Of a stretch of 64,000 nucleotides of DNA, positions 59,164-64,000 are shown piece by piece. The stretch's first letter is position 1. Each line of letters opens with the position of its first letter. The translations under genes and the position numbers were made by a program. The stretch lies in the NCBI GenBank assembly GCA_951406725.2, contig OX597830.1, positions 28,582,001 to 28,646,000 on the forward strand. The letters are read 5' to 3'. The notes under the pieces were generated by a model. That model had not been told where the DNA came from. It did no database searches and worked only from the letters and a program-made list of their open reading frames with translations. The stretch comes from Octopus vulgaris (Eukaryota).

Positions 59164-59619
59164 GAACGTGCACAAATACATGCATGTGTGTGAGTCGTTG
59201 TGCGTAAGCTTATACAATAAGTTGAATTTCCCTGCGCATACATGCAAACACATCCTTACACCTGTAATACCTAAAAGTAGCATTCAAAGCATAATGTGTG
59301 CATTACAACGATTGATAGTATGAAATAATACATATTGTAAATTCGTAATACATATATATGAAGGGGCTAGCTTACGTAACATATTCGCTTTTATTGGTTC
59401 TAGTCACTGAATTAAACATAAGCTGATTTATCACATTCAAGGCGACTAGCTTGTCATATATCGGGCCCAAGTATATGTTAGAGACTGGTATCTAATATGC
59501 TGCAACCTCAATTCCTCTAATAGACAGATAGTTATCATAAAGAATATAAAGTCAAGAAAGATGATATATATGGAGAGATACAAATATTTATTTTATAAGC
59601 AAAGGAGTACCTGCTTCTA

Positions 59620-59698
<79 letters not shown>

Positions 59699-60046
59699 GT
59701 ATATATATATACATACATATATATGTATATATATATGTATATATACATACATATATATATATATGTAAATATATATATCTATATATATATATGTATATAT
59801 ATATATTTATATATATATGTATATGTATATATATATGCATATATATATTTATATATTTACGCGTGGCTGTGTGTATGTATTTTTATATAAATATATGAAC
59901 ATAAATATTAATATTTTCATATATATATACATATTTAAATATACATATACACACAGAAAATATACATAGACAGATTCATAGATTGATAGAGACACACACA
60001 CATACATATTTACGCACACACACACACATTTATATATTTATATATG

Positions 60047-60089
<43 letters not shown>

Positions 60090-60221
60090 TATATGTATTA
60101 CATAAGACTGTGTGTTTGATAGTGTGTGTAAATTTATAGAATTTTAAGATCTCAGAGTTAATTTATACATTGAATATGAATGTGACTGGTGTTGAAATTA
60201 ATTACATGATAGTTGATAATG

Positions 60222-60371
<150 letters not shown>

Positions 60372-60445
60372 TTTCTAATATAGGCACAAGGACTGAAATT
60401 TTAGGGGAAGTGAGCTAGTCGATTACATCGAACTGGTACTTAAAT
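60372..60445 (-). mobile_element. SINE family B 3' fragment
   Basis: ttttctaatataggcacaagg.ctgaaattt...gtcgattacatcga.actggtactta is the reverse complement of the family B tail. Confidence 0.8.
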
Positions 60446-60970
60446 TAACGGTTGAATAAAAAGAATCCAAATAAAGAAAAAAAAACACTTCTGAACTAAA
60501 ACTTTTAAAACTATTCATCGACACTCACTGACGGAACCTCAAACACACAAGATACACAAATACACTCAGGCATGCACGCTCAAACATACACACATATTTG
60601 TATATATGGTTATATATATATATATATATGTATAAATATATATGTATGTATACAGGTGTATATGTGTGCTTGTGTATGTGCGTGTACAAGTTACTGTAAA
60701 TTATGCAACAAATAGTATATTTTTTTATGATTCCCTCTAAGCAAACATTGTCTTGCTGAAGTGATATCTTTATGCAGATTATTTCTCAGACCCGTTCCCC
60801 ATTTATGCACTTCGTTTCCGTAGCACATTTACCTCCGTCTTAATATTTGCCCTGCGTCTTTGTACGTGTGTGTGTGTGTGGGGGGGGAGGAGTATGTTTG
60901 TGTGTGTATGTGTTCGTGCATTTCTCTTTGTATATGTTTGCATATATGTGTGGGTAGGTCTATCTATCTT

Positions 60971-61011
<41 letters not shown>

Positions 61012-61178
61012 ATATATATATATATATATGTGTGTATGTATATATGTATGTATATATGTGTATGTGTGTGTCTGTTTGTGTATCTACATATTTATCTGTC
61101 TATATAAATATCCATATATATGTATATAGCGCGATATATATATATGTATATATATATAGGTGTGTGTGTATATATATC

Positions 61179-61229
<51 letters not shown>

Positions 61230-61593
61230 TATATATATATATTATATATATATGTATATATACGTATGTACATATGTATGTATGTGTGCATACACACGCA
61301 TATATACATACATATATAAACACATACGCACACATGTCCGATTCTCTCCAGATATAAGAAATTTTCTCTCATAAAGATAAGTTTCCATTTCCAATATTTT
61401 AACACTTTGGAAATCATAAAGGAAAATGCAGCAAGTTGTAACACACAACATTCATGAATGACAATACCTACCTTTACACCTACACTTTTATTTACTAACT
61501 AATTAGATTAATTTATTATAAATTTTCTCTATGCATTTCAATTTGTAAAACAAATTATATGTACATGCATATGTATGCATGTATATGTGTTTA

Positions 61594-61663
<70 letters not shown>

Positions 61664-61665
61664 AC

Positions 61666-61742
<77 letters not shown>

Positions 61743-62121
61743 GTGTGCGACTGTGTGTCTGTGTGAGTTCAGATCTGTGGATGTGTATGTATTTGTGTAT
61801 TTAGCTATTCGTTTTTATGTTTATTCAAGATAGATACATATCTGTGCAACAATTATTTAATTTTACCACACAAAATATGACTATATGACTAGAAAATTTT
61901 AGAGTGTTAGACGGGAGATAAAACTTTATTGGCGGGGTATATGAACAAGTTCTGTCAACATATGTAAGTAAATATACAAACGAGATTAGGTTCGTCGTCC
62001 CCACCGATGCTGGTTATAATAAAAGTTACAGATTGATAAAAATGTGTGCCAAGATGCCTACGTACAGTGGCATGTGGACGTGCATATAACAATATATACA
62101 CACTTATTTACACCCCCCACC

Positions 62122-62159
<38 letters not shown>

Positions 62160-62317
62160 TGAGAGATAGAGCGATTTGCGTATATACGTAAATATATATA
62201 CATCTGTACTCATAAACATATATCTATATCTATCCATCTATCTATCATATATCTCTCTAAATATATATCGACATATTTATATATAGATATAAATGCCTAT
62301 ATATATATATAAATGCC

Positions 62318-62373
<56 letters not shown>

Positions 62374-62376
62374 TGC

Positions 62377-62407
<31 letters not shown>

Positions 62408-62527
62408 TTAATATATATAAGTATATATACTTTTATGTATGTATATATACGTATTTATATATACGCATATCTATATATATAAATATATATGCATACATAT
62501 ATGTATATGTATATATATATATGTATA

Positions 62528-62582
<55 letters not shown>

Positions 62583-63032
62583 ATTTGTACATCTAACCAT
62601 TTACAATTAAGCTGAATCTCCAAACAAATCAAGATTTGAACAATTGCGCCAAAATTTGGTTAAATAATCTTTGGTGAGAAAGATTCGAATGCTGCCTTCA
62701 TCATGTGTGTGTCTGTGTATGTTTGTGTGTATGCCTATACCGTGTGTACATATGTGTATATTCATCCCATAGTTACATAAACGAATATAAAAATATCTGT
62801 GTGTATACCCCTCTTTCTCAGACCCGTCTCTCTCTCTCTCTTTGTATCTATCTATCTATCCCTATATAGATATGAATACACACACACTCATAAATCCTCG
62901 CATGTGTATGATGATATGTATCTGAGCAGGTAATAGTGTGTGTATGTTTATGAAGGTGTCTGTTTGTTTGCGTGTGAATGTATATATTTATATATATATA
63001 TAAATACATATATATTTACATATATATAGGTG

Positions 63033-63065
<33 letters not shown>

Positions 63066-63124
63066 ATGTGCTCTCCTATGTAAACTCCTTGTTGAGTTCA
63101 CATGCTTATACAGACGCAACATGT

Positions 63125-63250
63125 GTTAATTCTGTTCTCCTTTGTTGACATACCACTAAATGCACCAATAACTCCAAAGACTGCTGTACTAACTAACAGC
63201 TTCAAGTGTACACGGACGACACCCTTCTATATCATGAATTCCCTACCTCT
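63125..63250 (+). mobile_element. Degenerate non-LTR reverse transcriptase fragment
   Basis: QLQVYTDDTLLY at about 63197-63232 resembles YADDTxLY, preceded by ILFS. Confidence 0.45.
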
Positions 63251-63330
63251 ATTTCGTGTCATTCGTAAGAGAGTATGCTTAATATTTATATACATATACA
63301 TACATGCCCCTATATATATATATTCATATA

Positions 63331-63394
<64 letters not shown>

Positions 63395-63658
63395 TATGTA
63401 TATAGATATATATGTTTATACATATATATGTGTATATATATATATGTGTTTATATATAGGTAGATATATATATATACATATGTGTGCGTATGATTATTTA
63501 TACGTATGTAGTTATATATATTCATATATCTCTGTATATATATATATGTGTATATGTGTACATTTATATGTATATATGTATAAATCTATATATACTTTAT
63601 ATGATTTAGTATGTATACGTTATTATGTAAGTGCCATTATTTACTTAGAAATATCTAC

Positions 63659-63709
<51 letters not shown>

Positions 63710-63803
63710 CGTGTGTGTATGTGTGTGTATACATGTATATAAATAAATAAATAAATAAATATATATATATACATATATTCATACATATAATCATATATAT
63801 ATG

Positions 63804-63839
<36 letters not shown>

Positions 63840-63912
63840 TGTATGTTTGTGTGTATGCGTAAATATATAAATCCCATACATTATTTATTCATATGTGTAA
63901 ATATATGCCTAT

Positions 63913-63948
<36 letters not shown>

Positions 63949-64000
63949 GTGGATATATTTATAAATGTTGAGATTTCTGGATTATCTCTGTACATCACTG

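Overview
AT-rich eukaryotic non-coding DNA saturated with microsatellites ((TA)n, (CA)n, (ATCT)n, (TACA)n, (ATT)n). Its repeat content looks like an octopus (cephalopod) genome; this is an inference from memory of the SINE families, not a search result. No intact host protein-coding gene is supported, and almost all ORFs in the track are microsatellite translations. The window is a transposon graveyard. It holds three tRNA-derived SINE families (about 25 copies or fragments), five or six Tc1/mariner relics, and RTE-like and CR1/L2-like LINE fragments. At 19.0-23.5 kb, R4/Dong-type (restriction-like endonuclease, RLE) LINEs are stacked in (ATT)n arrays that grew from SINE tails; one shows a twin-priming-style 5' inversion and carries a nested mariner. 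Many short islands between TA tracts carry hammerhead-ribozyme-like cores and/or long inverted repeats, typical of Penelope-like element termini. All alignments were done by eye, so boundaries of degenerate elements are approximate.
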